A DNA stretch of 64,000 nucleotides from the IMG/VR virus record IMGVR_UViG_3300021375_002698; one strand, given 5' to 3'. A program made the position numbers and the translations under genes. The DNA comes from a virus. Below are positions 1 to 10,616 of the stretch, one piece after another. The notes under the pieces are model-generated. The model saw nothing but the letters and a program-made list of their open reading frames with translations. It was not told the origin of the DNA and made no database searches. How positions within the stretch are numbered: the first letter of the stretch is position 1; every line of letters begins with the position of its first letter.

Positions 1-2061
1 TAAAATTAATACATTACTTATTTCACTACTATCTCCTGAAAGAAATTCTCTATTTCTATTGTTTGTAAACTCGCTTCTATTGTTAGATTCGTTAGTAAGT
101 GTTGTTTTATATTCAATCTTAAATCTTGAATCAAGATCTAAGTGATTATATATTTCAAAATACATTTTATCAACAATAATTGATGATTTTCTATTGTTTT
201 CTGTATCATTATTTTGATTGTTGAAAAATAAATCATAGTTAAAAGTCTGTGGTAATTTGTTCATTCTTTCATAATAGATAATATCTCTATTTTGAATGTT
301 TTCACTTTCAAAAAATCTTAAAATATCAAATGTTTCATTTTTAATTTGATCAAATAATGTAAATGATTCGCTTTTTAAAAAAACATCAATCGTTTTGTCA
401 CTAGATGAAGAAGGTATTAATGGATAAAAGATATCTTTAAATGTTAGTTTATCAAAACTTAAATTTTCCGTATATGTTACTCTTCCAAACCCATTGATAC
501 TATTGTTATTGCTATTAGAGTAAATATTTCTATAATAAGATTTATATATTGAAAGTAGATTGCTTCCAATTATGACACTTTGTAATTTTTCAATAAAATC
601 ATTTGAAAATGCTATATCTTGGACAAGAACTTTGTTTATAAATCTTGTAATTTCTTGTTTAAATATCCCGTCGTCTAGACCGGGATCAAAGTTAAAAATT
701 GATTCTATAAATTTATTATATAATATTTTTCTTTTACCACTGTATGATGAGTTTTCCCTAAAAAATTCAGAAAAATCATTTTCAAAACTAGGAATAGGGT
801 CACGTAACATATGTATTCTTGGATTTAAAGTGACAAGATTTTGATTATTAGTAGTTTTATTTCCAATGCTAATATTACTAAACATGTTTTCTTTTTCTTG
901 CACGTAACTTTGATAGAAACTAGTATTAAAAGCTTTTTTTCTATCATTTAAGTCTTGATATGTAATGACTCCTGTTTCTTTTATTACTGTAGGGTATAAA
1001 GAATACATAGAAAAAGAAAGGTTTGTAATTTGTTGAACAATAAACGTATCAGTACACATAAATTCTCCAACATTTAAATTAGAAGGTTCTTCGTCTAAAT
1101 AAGATCCAAAATACCTTTGTAAAAATTCAAAAGATGATTCATCATCAAGATAATCTGAAATTTTATGATCTATACCAGCTTCTTTTGTTATCTCTCTATT
1201 AGGTATAATATTAAAATCATCTTCATTACTGATGCTTATAGGGTGTGCTCTAGTTAATATTTTTCCAATCTTGTTAAACCTATTGTTGTTTTTTGAATAA
1301 TCTTTTATAAAGAGCATAAAATCTTTGTCAGATACGAAATCTTTAATATTTTCAAGTTCTGTTTCAATACTATTTACAGAATTATTTATAATTTTAAAGT
1401 TATTTTTTGTTTTACTATCAAAAAAGTTAATAAAATTGGGTATTTTTTCTACATATCTTAATATATCACTATTGATATTATCATAATAATTTTCAATAAC
1501 ATCACGCTTAAAATCTTTAATATCTGTAAAAAGTGGATAAGTTAGTGGTATGTTTGAAGATATAGAATGTAGCATATCAATATTGTCTTTTTTTAAAGGA
1601 TTTCTAAGCGAATAAAAATCATTAATATAATCTTCAAATATTGATATGTTCTTAACTCTTTTATTTTTATGATTTATATAAATATCAATTTCAATGCTTC
1701 TAGGTTTTAACTCTGGTAAACCAAAAATATTTAAGTCTACATAAAATTGTTCTTGTGATGCTGGTATTTCTTCTACAAGCGCTTCAATATTTGTTGCAAC
1801 ATCTCCAGGTTTACTGTTATCTTGATTGCCAGGCGTAGAATATTCTATGTCAACAGCAGGACTAAAACCAAAACCACTAAACTCTGATATTAATTCACCA
1901 GATTGCATGTTTGATCCTTGAGGAACTTGTAGATCAATGCTTACATCTAATAATCCTGATACATCTACTGCATTATTTGATGATGACGTACTATATGTTG
2001 TTAATCCTGTATTAACTGTTCTTTTTTGAACGTTAAGTAAATTTTTATTTGCTGTTAACAT
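1..2061 (-). CDS. Large hypothetical (probably virion) protein, 3' end outside the window
   Basis: ATG at 2061 preceded by AAGGA; reads MLTANKNLLNVQKRTVNTG...; the same frame is open at the window edge (checked at both ends only); absent from the ORF track, consistent with the stop lying outside the window. Confidence 0.8.
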   Translation of the reverse strand, partial: MLTANKNLLNVQKRTVNTGLTTYSTSSSNNAVDVSGLLDVSIDLQVPQGSNMQSGELISEFSGFGFSPAVDIEYSTPGNQDNSKPGDVATNIEALVEEIPASQEQFYVDLNIFGLPELKPRSIEIDIYINHKNKRVKNISIFEDYINDFYSLRNPLKKDNIDMLHSISSNIPLTYPLFTDIKDFKRDVIENYYDNINSDILRYVEKIPNFINFFDSKTKNNFKIINNSVNSIETELENIKDFVSDKDFMLFIKDYSKNNNRFNKIGKILTRAHPISISNEDDFNIIPNREITKEAGIDHKISDYLDDESSFEFLQRYFGSYLDEEPSNLNVGEFMCTDTFIVQQITNLSFSMYSLYPTVIKETGVITYQDLNDRKKAFNTSFYQSYVQEKENMFSNISIGNKTTNNQNLVTLNPRIHMLRDPIPSFENDFSEFFRENSSYSGKRKILYNKFIESIFNFDPGLDDGIFKQEITRFINKVLVQDIAFSNDFIEKLQSVIIGSNLLSIYKSYYRNIYSNSNNNSINGFGRVTYTENLSFDKLTFKDIFYPLIPSSSSDKTIDVFLKSESFTLFDQIKNETFDILRFFESENIQNRDIIYYERMNKLPQTFNYDLFFNNQNNDTENNRKSSIIVDKMYFEIYNHLDLDSRFKIEYKTTLTNESNNRSEFTNNRNREFLSGDSSEISNVLIL

Positions 2062-2096
2062 ATTTTTCCTTAATTTTTCAATAATATATATGCTAT

Positions 2097-4910
2097 TTAA
2101 TTAATATCAATCGTATGCATACTATTTAAAGTTCTATCATCTATTCTTTCTAATACTCTATTATTACTATCTAAAAAAGGAATATTGTAAAAACTTTCTG
2201 TGAAAAGACTGTTATTTGAATCATAAAAATAAACTTTAACTGCTATACCTTTTATATGGATTCCACCTTCTGAGCTTCTTCTCTTTACGCTATATATACT
2301 ATTTAGTAAGTAGTTAATATGATCTTTGTTTATCATACCTTCTATTTTCAAAGAAGCTACAAAAGAAACGATATCGTCATCTTCATTAATGTTATTTAAA
2401 CTTGTATCTATTTCACTTAAACTACCTGTTAGAGGGCTAAGATTGTTAAAATACTCAAATCGATTACTTCTTTCATTTAAAAATTTATCACTAAACCAAA
2501 GAATTTGATTTTCTAAAGTAAAGCTTTTTCTATCATCTAAAAAATCAAATTCACTAGAAGAAATTGCTATATTTGGTGAATATTTCATCTTCCACTTATA
2601 TCTTGAAAGTTCATTTCTATCAATATTTATTGATTGAATTAACAAAGCTTTGTAACCATTGTCAAATGTATTGCTGTCTAAGTCTCTAACCAAATTATTA
2701 TAACTATCAGCTTGATTCTCTATATTAGTTATAAAATCACTTGTAGTCATAACCGATCTATTTTCACTTATTTGCCTTATATTGTAATTTGAAGCATAAA
2801 CTTGTATATAACGTCTTCTAAGAAAGTCTGACATTTCTTGACTTACAAAGTTTTTCAAAATATTTCTATTTAATAAAAATTCTTGTATAAATCTTTTTCG
2901 TTCAAAAAAACTTCTATTTTTTATTTTTTTAGTTAAATCTTTTATAAGACTTATTTTTTCTGTAACATTAAGATTTTCTGAAAGATACTTTCCTTTTATT
3001 GAATTATGAGTCTGAAAGTCTATTTCATTATCTCTTATTGAAAAAATAAAATTTGAAAGAGTTGTATTAGAATTATATACTATTTCATTTGTCGAATCAT
3101 TTGAAGTTATCGGAATTGAATAAACATTATTAAGAGTAAAACCTTCTTGATCAAATCCTTTAAATCTATAATCGTTTGTAGATTTAAAATCTGATAAAAT
3201 ATTAAATTCTAGTTCTAAGTAGATCTTCATTCTGCTTATATTACTGTTGTTACTTTCTAAGATTCTATACTTTGTAAAGCTAGATACATTATTGTCAAAA
3301 ATAATAGAAAGCTCGGGATATATTTCAAAAAGTCTTTGATATCTTAAGTTTCTTATTTGACTAAGCAAAGAGTCTTGTGAATTCAACAGCTGATCATATG
3401 AATAAAATTTTTCTATACTGTCAACAATTGTGGCATCATTTTTTAGATCAAATTTTACATAATATATTGAATTTTTTAGTAAATTTTCTACAGAAGGTTC
3501 TGACAGTTCTTGATTTTCTTCACTTCTTAAAAAATATCTTAATTCTCTAGCAACGTTTTGTAAACTGTTTTTGTTTTCAAATATAGGATTGTCTATCGTA
3601 AAGAAATTAGATATACCTCGATCAATATAATTTGTATCATTTAAAGCTATATTTAAATTATATATTTCTTTATATACATTTAGAAAGTCATTATCACTAG
3701 GCAATTCATAGTTTGTTGACTCTTCAACTGAATGTATTATAAAGTTTTCTTCGGAGTCTTGTATCTTAAATAATATACTAGTTATTTGTCTTTCAGCAAA
3801 ATAAATAAATATATTGTCTTTCAAAAGAGTATTTAGAGGTTTTTTATCAAAAAATATTCTACTACTTTCATTAAATTGATCATTACTATAGATATTATAT
3901 ATGGGTTCTCCACTAAAGTCTTGTATGTTATCTATAGTTAACAAGCCAATGTCTCTAACATCAATATCAGAAAAATCAAATATTAAGTTCTTTTCATTTG
4001 ATCTTTGTATTATATGTCTAAATCTTAGGTTTGATTCTAACACATTTTTTTTATATATTAAAAATTCTTTAATTATTTCTATGGATATATCACTTGATAT
4101 TATATAGTTCTTTTTAAAAGTTTTTTCTTCATCTACACTAGTTGATTTTCTAGTCATGAAGTAAGATATTGAAATATCTCGTATATTACTATCGTTATTT
4201 AAATAGTTTGTAATATTTGATATACTCTTGTTACCGCTTAAAATAAACTCAGATAGTTTATAGTAAAAGTTGTTTGTATTAGAAAAGTCTCTTTCAATAA
4301 TATTTTTTCTATCATTACTAAAATCATATCTTTTATCGTTAAAGTTAATACATATATCTTTAAATTTTTCTATAGCTACATCTATGTTTTCATCATTAGT
4401 GTCTATATGAAATGATTTTTCTTCATAATCAAAGTCTATGTAAAAGTTATCAATATACTCATTTAATATTGATAAATTAACTTTTTGATTCTCAGCATCA
4501 GTTAGTTTTTTAAAAAATGTATCTGTTAAACTTAAATTTGTAGCACTATCTAAAATATTATCATATTCGTCTACAGCATATATGTCATATTTTTTAGTAT
4601 TAAGTTTGCTTTTACGTGGTAGACTTGATGTAAATCCTGCTTCGTTTATACTGAAATGTAGTGTATAAGAATAAGAAAATCTATTTTGAGACAAACCTGA
4701 TGTTGAAAATACATGTTCAAAGAAAACATCATTAATGACTAAAAAAAATTTGCTTATTTTATTTATATTATCCATGTTTTTAGGTAATAAAATATCAGAT
4801 AATATCATATAGTCGTTCTGTGCAAATTGGTTAACTTTGTTATTAACTGCTCTTGTTGTACCTAAAAATTCTTTTATTATAGTGTTATTTTTTATTTTAG
4901 TAATATACAT
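2097..4910 (-). CDS. Hypothetical protein, 937 aa, putative virion/baseplate-associated
   Basis: Long ORF inside the structural operon. Confidence 0.7.
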   Translation of the reverse strand: MYITKIKNNTIIKEFLGTTRAVNNKVNQFAQNDYMILSDILLPKNMDNINKISKFFLVINDVFFEHVFSTSGLSQNRFSYSYTLHFSINEAGFTSSLPRKSKLNTKKYDIYAVDEYDNILDSATNLSLTDTFFKKLTDAENQKVNLSILNEYIDNFYIDFDYEEKSFHIDTNDENIDVAIEKFKDICINFNDKRYDFSNDRKNIIERDFSNTNNFYYKLSEFILSGNKSISNITNYLNNDSNIRDISISYFMTRKSTSVDEEKTFKKNYIISSDISIEIIKEFLIYKKNVLESNLRFRHIIQRSNEKNLIFDFSDIDVRDIGLLTIDNIQDFSGEPIYNIYSNDQFNESSRIFFDKKPLNTLLKDNIFIYFAERQITSILFKIQDSEENFIIHSVEESTNYELPSDNDFLNVYKEIYNLNIALNDTNYIDRGISNFFTIDNPIFENKNSLQNVARELRYFLRSEENQELSEPSVENLLKNSIYYVKFDLKNDATIVDSIEKFYSYDQLLNSQDSLLSQIRNLRYQRLFEIYPELSIIFDNNVSSFTKYRILESNNSNISRMKIYLELEFNILSDFKSTNDYRFKGFDQEGFTLNNVYSIPITSNDSTNEIVYNSNTTLSNFIFSIRDNEIDFQTHNSIKGKYLSENLNVTEKISLIKDLTKKIKNRSFFERKRFIQEFLLNRNILKNFVSQEMSDFLRRRYIQVYASNYNIRQISENRSVMTTSDFITNIENQADSYNNLVRDLDSNTFDNGYKALLIQSINIDRNELSRYKWKMKYSPNIAISSSEFDFLDDRKSFTLENQILWFSDKFLNERSNRFEYFNNLSPLTGSLSEIDTSLNNINEDDDIVSFVASLKIEGMINKDHINYLLNSIYSVKRRSSEGGIHIKGIAVKVYFYDSNNSLFTESFYNIPFLDSNNRVLERIDDRTLNSMHTIDIN

Positions 4911-4924
4911 TATTATCTCACAAT

Positions 4925-6025
4925 TTATTCAGCAATCAGTGTAAACATACATAAAAAGCTATAATAGTTAGAAATTATAAAACTCTTGTTTATTATATTA
5001 CTCTGTATTGTTCCGTTGTTAAAATTAAATACAATATCATTTTCTATATTGTCATAATTTTTAGTATTTATAATTTTACCTATTAGATACACTTGTTTTG
5101 TTTTGCCATTTGATTTGTCATATACTTCACCAAGATCAATGAAATGTAACTTATTCTTTTCTAACTCTTTAGAATCTCCAGAAGTTTTTTCAAAAAACTC
5201 AGACATACTCAAAATATACATGTCATCTTTATTACTGTTTGATACTTCGTAAACTTTCTTATCTATATCTTTATTATTCATTAAACTATTTATAGTTTTT
5301 AAAATAGCTTCTTCAGCTGTATTGTTTTCATTAATATCTACATCTTTATTGTAACTTTTTAAAACTAGATTTTCATTAACTTCTTTTTCAAAATAAAAGT
5401 TTGTATCTATTTCATCATAAAGCTTTGTACCATCAATGTTCTCTGGGATAAGCCTTTTAAAGTTGGTTTTTCTAGAGAATCTCTTATCAGTTGTTATTGA
5501 ATTTGTTTTTTCAAGATTTATACTTTTTTTATTAATAGTTGGATATTTCTTTCCTGGATTGTTCAATATTTTAAACGAATCTTTTTTAACTATTGTATCA
5601 CTATCAACAAAACTTATTCCTGTTTTTTTGCTAGGTCTTCTTGTTTCTAAGTAATTTATATTTATTAACTTCTCTCCAATAGAACTATTAATAGAAACTT
5701 CAGTAACAGCATTGTCAAAAGAAATATCAATCTGAGTTAAGTTAATATTAGCATCATCGTTAAAAGAAATCTCTTTCTTTAAGTCAAATTCACTATTTAT
5801 ATAGTCACACTCACTAGAGAAAGACTCAAAGGGTAAATATAACTTTTCTTCTGATATGTTTATTTTATCATCTACAGATGTTATATCTTTTTCTTTATAA
5901 ACAATGCTTTTGTCGCTAAATGTCGCATAGTAAAACCTAATGTCATTATCTTGAATCTGACTTCTACCATTTTCAGTTAAAATGTAGTCTATAAATCTTG
6001 ATTTTTTATCTAGTATACCTGACAT
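4925..6025 (-). CDS. Putative baseplate/tail-collar-associated structural protein
   Basis: N-terminus MSGILDKKSRFIDYILTENGR has the D-x-x-LT-x-x-GR motif seen in large-phage tail-collar/baseplate proteins. Confidence 0.6.
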   Translation of the reverse strand: MSGILDKKSRFIDYILTENGRSQIQDNDIRFYYATFSDKSIVYKEKDITSVDDKINISEEKLYLPFESFSSECDYINSEFDLKKEISFNDDANINLTQIDISFDNAVTEVSINSSIGEKLININYLETRRPSKKTGISFVDSDTIVKKDSFKILNNPGKKYPTINKKSINLEKTNSITTDKRFSRKTNFKRLIPENIDGTKLYDEIDTNFYFEKEVNENLVLKSYNKDVDINENNTAEEAILKTINSLMNNKDIDKKVYEVSNSNKDDMYILSMSEFFEKTSGDSKELEKNKLHFIDLGEVYDKSNGKTKQVYLIGKIINTKNYDNIENDIVFNFNNGTIQSNIINKSFIISNYYSFLCMFTLIAE

Positions 6026-6066
6026 GCTTTTCTTTCTTCTACTTTTTATACATTATAAGTTAAATA

Positions 6067-9000
6067 TCAAGAAGTATAATATCCAGATAATGAATCGATA
6101 CTATTTTCTATAAATGGGTAATTACTTCTAGCATGATAGTCTTTATTAAAGGTTGTTGTAATACTACTGTCTTGATTATTTACTGAGTAATAATTTTTAT
6201 TTATAAACTTTTTAACTATAGGCCACTCAATATCACTATCGTTTCTATATAAAGTTGTATTTATTGATCCATAGCTCTTGTCTTTAAATTGTCCATATGA
6301 CTTCCAATTAAAGTTGTATGATAAACTTGTTTTTTTGCTGTTATATATTCCATATTTCCATCCATCATGACCAATTAAAGGATAATGACGATAACTTTTA
6401 CCTTTTACTTTTTCAAACCCAAAAAATACTTTGTTTAGCTTTTCTAAAACATCAGGTTGATAAAAGTCATTTGAATCATATCCTAATACAGTTGTGTTTT
6501 CTAAAAGAGGATAGTATCCTTCGTTACTATTGTTACTAGAAGCATTTAAACTAAAATTGTAAGCAATAGAGTCTACGCCACCTGATAAATTGTGTGAAAA
6601 GTCATAAGTATTAGTAAAACTAGCGCTTGTTGTTTGTGAAGAATTTCTATCAATATTTCCAGACTGAGTAGAACCTAACCTTGCAATAATTTTATATGGT
6701 AAGAATTTTTGATATTCAGAGTTAGGATTTGCTATGTTCTTAAAATTAAAAGTAATATCAGAATCAGATTCTATATTTGTATTATAAAAAACTATTCTTC
6801 CAGAATTAGCTTTTAAAGTATCTGGCATTTGACCTTCACCAACAAAATCTTTTTCTATATCAAATATATCACCTTGCATTCTGATGATATATGGGATGTT
6901 ATTATTAATCAATACGTCAGCAAACACATTGGTTGGGACTGCAGTTGATATACTTTTCCCTTGATCAAGATAGTACAGTATAGACTCGTCAGTCAATGTT
7001 TCAGTTTCTATATACCCTCTTATATTTTTTAAAATAGTTCCACTTTCATACGATCCAAACTTTGTATCTTTTTTATAATACTGGAAGCATTCATTAGGCA
7101 AAAAATATTTATCAACTTTTATATTAAACTTGTTAATTCCACTATCTTTTAGATCTAATGATACATCTCTTTTTTCATGTATAGACTTAAATCTGTCTTC
7201 AAAAGGATAACTGTTTATCCATTGATGATTACTATTATTATGATTTGAATCTTCCTCATATGATAGTCTGATATTATCAAAGCTTGTTGATATATTACCA
7301 GAGTTTTTGTAATATGATAAAGTATTAGGCATTACAGTATCATAAATAACTTTTTCTTCATCAGAAAATAATTTTACAGTGTTATTGAATGATCCAAATT
7401 GTTTAGAAGAAACTTTGCCATATACTTCTCTATCAAGGATTTTGCCTTGAGTTGTATATCTATCTTCATTGTTGTATATATTGTCATAAATGCCATTATA
7501 AATGCTTTCAGTAGGTACTACATCCCATTCATCACAAATTGGTTCACTTATCACAGTTTTTATAACATTATTCGAAATTATACTTTGCTTTTTATTTATT
7601 TTCTTTTTATCATTAACAACATGTCTACCAACTAAAACAACTTTTACAGACTTTTCTAACATGAGAATATAAGGTAATATATTTCCATTTGTATAAGAGT
7701 TAACTCCAAATATCAATTTGTCTTCAGGCTTAAGGATATATGGAGATTTATAGAACTTATTTTTTAACTCTGTAATTTCATTATTATCTACAGTAAAAGT
7801 TGAACTAGTATCTATTTTTGAAGATCTTCTATTAAAAAAGTTTCTTCCAAAGTCGTTACTTTGTAAATCTCTTCCACCAAGGTAATTTGATGAATAAACT
7901 TTAGTAGAATTATTATTAATATATAGGAAGTGTGTTGAATGAATATTAGAAGCATTTGGGATTTTACAATCACTACTAATTTCTAGTTTTTGATTTTCAA
8001 AGTTTATATCATCATTGTTTACAATCTCTAGACTGTTGTCAATATAATCTTCGTTTTTTATTTTATTTAAAAGAGATACAGTTTCTTGATTACCAAAGTT
8101 TTTATTGTATATAAAAAAGTTATTTACTGATACTATTTCTCTAGCTGAGGACTTAGTTGTTAAACTTTTTTCTTTTTCACCTACTTGTCCATTATAAAGA
8201 GAAGAATTGTCATAAATATAATATCCTTTGTCTATAGAATTTCCGCCAATGTAGTCATTAACAACAGAGGTTTTTAAGTTTAAAGAAGTATCAGATCCAG
8301 ACTTGTCAAAAAACATATTATTAATATACTTTTTTTCGCTATCAAAACCAGAGCCTTCCCAGAAAGAGTATGGGTTAAATTGCTCGGTTTTCTGATTTAA
8401 AATAAAAAAGTTTAAAGAATTAGAAAGATAATACATTTGATTGTTTTGCTCGTATGTATTTGTAATACTTATTTCATTATTGCTACCATCGTATACTTTA
8501 TAATTGTTTTTCTGACATTTAGAAGTAGTTTTATTACATACAAATATTACTTTTTCTAGTATAAAATCATTAGTAATATAATCAGACATTTTTAATAAAG
8601 TATCTTCACTTGCATACCACTGTTCACCAATTGGAAATTTTGAGTTAAAACAAGGGACACCTATGGTGTTAACTTTGTAGTTACTTTTATATGGATTATA
8701 GCTAGGACTAAATCCTATATTACTTTTAGACACAGCTTCGTTTACTAAACTATCTGTGTTGTATGTATTAGTATTCGGTGGATTTGCTTCATGAGAATTT
8801 AAAACATATTCCCAAGATTTTTCTTTGAAGTTGAAGTATGCGACAGGATTATTTTTTGCTATCCACTTTGTTGATCCATTATCAAAAGAGATACTGTCAA
8901 CTTTTTTTGTAAAATCATCTACATAAAATTCATTGTTTTGTAAAATAGCGGGAGCATCAAAGTTTAGTTCTATCTCAATAGAAACTTGATCACTAACATT

Positions 9001-9447
9001 GTATGATGATTCATCAAAAGCTGAATTTTGAATGTTTGTTAAACTGTTATTGTTTGTATTTAAATAGTTGTCTACATACGGAGTGTATTGTATAGAAAAA
9101 TTATTTTTAGGTAGTGTATTGTCATAGTTTTCTATTTCTACTTCTTTTGTAACTAAAAAGTCATCATTAGTATCAAAAGTACTTGGCGAATGTATTAATT
9201 TATTGTTTGTCGATTTGTAAGTAGATTCAATGCCGAAAACATGATTAACAGACTTGCTAGTTGTATCTATAGTATTAGTATCATCAAATATTTGATTGAA
9301 ATCATCTAGTTTAAAGCCGGTTGTAAATTTATTTGTTGGATAAAAACCTTGATTAGAATCATGTTCTTTAATAACATTTTTAAATGTCTTAGTTACAGAT
9401 CCACTTTTAGTATATGGATTTTTTATTCCTGATCTTATTTTTGGCAT
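6067..9447 (-). CDS. Large putative virion structural protein, 1126 aa
   Basis: Long N/S/T-rich ORF; start overlaps the stop of the upstream gene at 9447. Confidence 0.7.
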   Translation of the reverse strand: MPKIRSGIKNPYTKSGSVTKTFKNVIKEHDSNQGFYPTNKFTTGFKLDDFNQIFDDTNTIDTTSKSVNHVFGIESTYKSTNNKLIHSPSTFDTNDDFLVTKEVEIENYDNTLPKNNFSIQYTPYVDNYLNTNNNSLTNIQNSAFDESSYNVSDQVSIEIELNFDAPAILQNNEFYVDDFTKKVDSISFDNGSTKWIAKNNPVAYFNFKEKSWEYVLNSHEANPPNTNTYNTDSLVNEAVSKSNIGFSPSYNPYKSNYKVNTIGVPCFNSKFPIGEQWYASEDTLLKMSDYITNDFILEKVIFVCNKTTSKCQKNNYKVYDGSNNEISITNTYEQNNQMYYLSNSLNFFILNQKTEQFNPYSFWEGSGFDSEKKYINNMFFDKSGSDTSLNLKTSVVNDYIGGNSIDKGYYIYDNSSLYNGQVGEKEKSLTTKSSAREIVSVNNFFIYNKNFGNQETVSLLNKIKNEDYIDNSLEIVNNDDINFENQKLEISSDCKIPNASNIHSTHFLYINNNSTKVYSSNYLGGRDLQSNDFGRNFFNRRSSKIDTSSTFTVDNNEITELKNKFYKSPYILKPEDKLIFGVNSYTNGNILPYILMLEKSVKVVLVGRHVVNDKKKINKKQSIISNNVIKTVISEPICDEWDVVPTESIYNGIYDNIYNNEDRYTTQGKILDREVYGKVSSKQFGSFNNTVKLFSDEEKVIYDTVMPNTLSYYKNSGNISTSFDNIRLSYEEDSNHNNSNHQWINSYPFEDRFKSIHEKRDVSLDLKDSGINKFNIKVDKYFLPNECFQYYKKDTKFGSYESGTILKNIRGYIETETLTDESILYYLDQGKSISTAVPTNVFADVLINNNIPYIIRMQGDIFDIEKDFVGEGQMPDTLKANSGRIVFYNTNIESDSDITFNFKNIANPNSEYQKFLPYKIIARLGSTQSGNIDRNSSQTTSASFTNTYDFSHNLSGGVDSIAYNFSLNASSNNSNEGYYPLLENTTVLGYDSNDFYQPDVLEKLNKVFFGFEKVKGKSYRHYPLIGHDGWKYGIYNSKKTSLSYNFNWKSYGQFKDKSYGSINTTLYRNDSDIEWPIVKKFINKNYYSVNNQDSSITTTFNKDYHARSNYPFIENSIDSLSGYYTS

Positions 9448-10607
9448 TAATCTAATTCTCCATAAAATGCTATTGAGTCAATCCCATTACTTATACTATA
9501 ATCAAAGTCTCTTCCTTGTGAACTATAAACTTTTCCATCTTCATAAGTATCATTACTATATTCGATTGAAGCGAAATCCCAATTATCAGGACTATTGCTT
9601 CCATTGAGATCATATGAGAAATGATTTTTTAAATCACCAGAAATCTGATGTCTTTCTTTACCCATCTTTGTTTCTTCTTTAAATCTAATACCGTCTCTAT
9701 CAATAAAAGGTGACAAATCTTGAGAGTCATTTGAAATATATAATAGTTGTTGACTTTCTAGGGTTTTTTCATCTAATACGTCTTTTTCAAAAGTTGTTAC
9801 TTGTATATCATTAAATGTAGAGTTTGAAAATTTTCCTTTTTTTTGATAAACATCTCTTGAATACAAATCATCATCTTCGCCTCTATCTAAAAAAACTTCA
9901 ATGTTTTTTTGAATATCATGCTTGTTTATATTATTTGCTATTGTTATAGATCTTCTTCTTACATCAAAGAAATTACCAAAGCTTGCTTTAAATCCTCTAA
10001 TATTATATTCATTCAATATACTTCGTTTGATCTCAGATATTCTTTCAAAAATATCTATATTTGCACCATTCTTATTTATATCGAAGTCATTTATGGAAAA
10101 CGGATAAAGGTATACATCATCCTCGTTTGTTGTATTTATTAGATAATTAATTTCATCGCTAATATCTTTATAAATATCAGAATTTTGATATATATGATAT
10201 TCATTACTTATAAGACCAATTGGATACATGTGTTTTATTTTAACTTGTCTATTGATTCTTTTTTCTTCAGGCTTATCATCAAAAACATTTGTACTATCAT
10301 GAAAAGGATAAATTAAGCCTGTTTTATCTTCTAAATAAAACTTTTCTTCATTTTCTGAAATTTGGACATAGTTTGAATTTCTTAATATAGAGTTTTGGCT
10401 TGACACTTCGTTTCTTATATCATTGTCAAAAACTTTAGAAAAATTACATCCTGGTGAGATGTCTATTCTTATATTTCCATCTTTTATTATGTTTTTTTCT
10501 AAACTTTTTCTTTTATTAGTGTTTTGTACATTATTTACAATAATGTTATTACCTTCAATAAAAGCTGTGTCTTTATTTATTTTTACATAACTCGGACTAT
10601 ACGTCAT
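9447..10607 (-). CDS. Putative structural protein
   Basis: ORF in baseplate operon; C-terminus GIDSIAFYG resembles an internal GVDSIAY stretch of the downstream protein. Confidence 0.6.
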   Translation of the reverse strand: MTYSPSYVKINKDTAFIEGNNIIVNNVQNTNKRKSLEKNIIKDGNIRIDISPGCNFSKVFDNDIRNEVSSQNSILRNSNYVQISENEEKFYLEDKTGLIYPFHDSTNVFDDKPEEKRINRQVKIKHMYPIGLISNEYHIYQNSDIYKDISDEINYLINTTNEDDVYLYPFSINDFDINKNGANIDIFERISEIKRSILNEYNIRGFKASFGNFFDVRRRSITIANNINKHDIQKNIEVFLDRGEDDDLYSRDVYQKKGKFSNSTFNDIQVTTFEKDVLDEKTLESQQLLYISNDSQDLSPFIDRDGIRFKEETKMGKERHQISGDLKNHFSYDLNGSNSPDNWDFASIEYSNDTYEDGKVYSSQGRDFDYSISNGIDSIAFYGELD

Positions 10608-10616
10608 AATTTAACC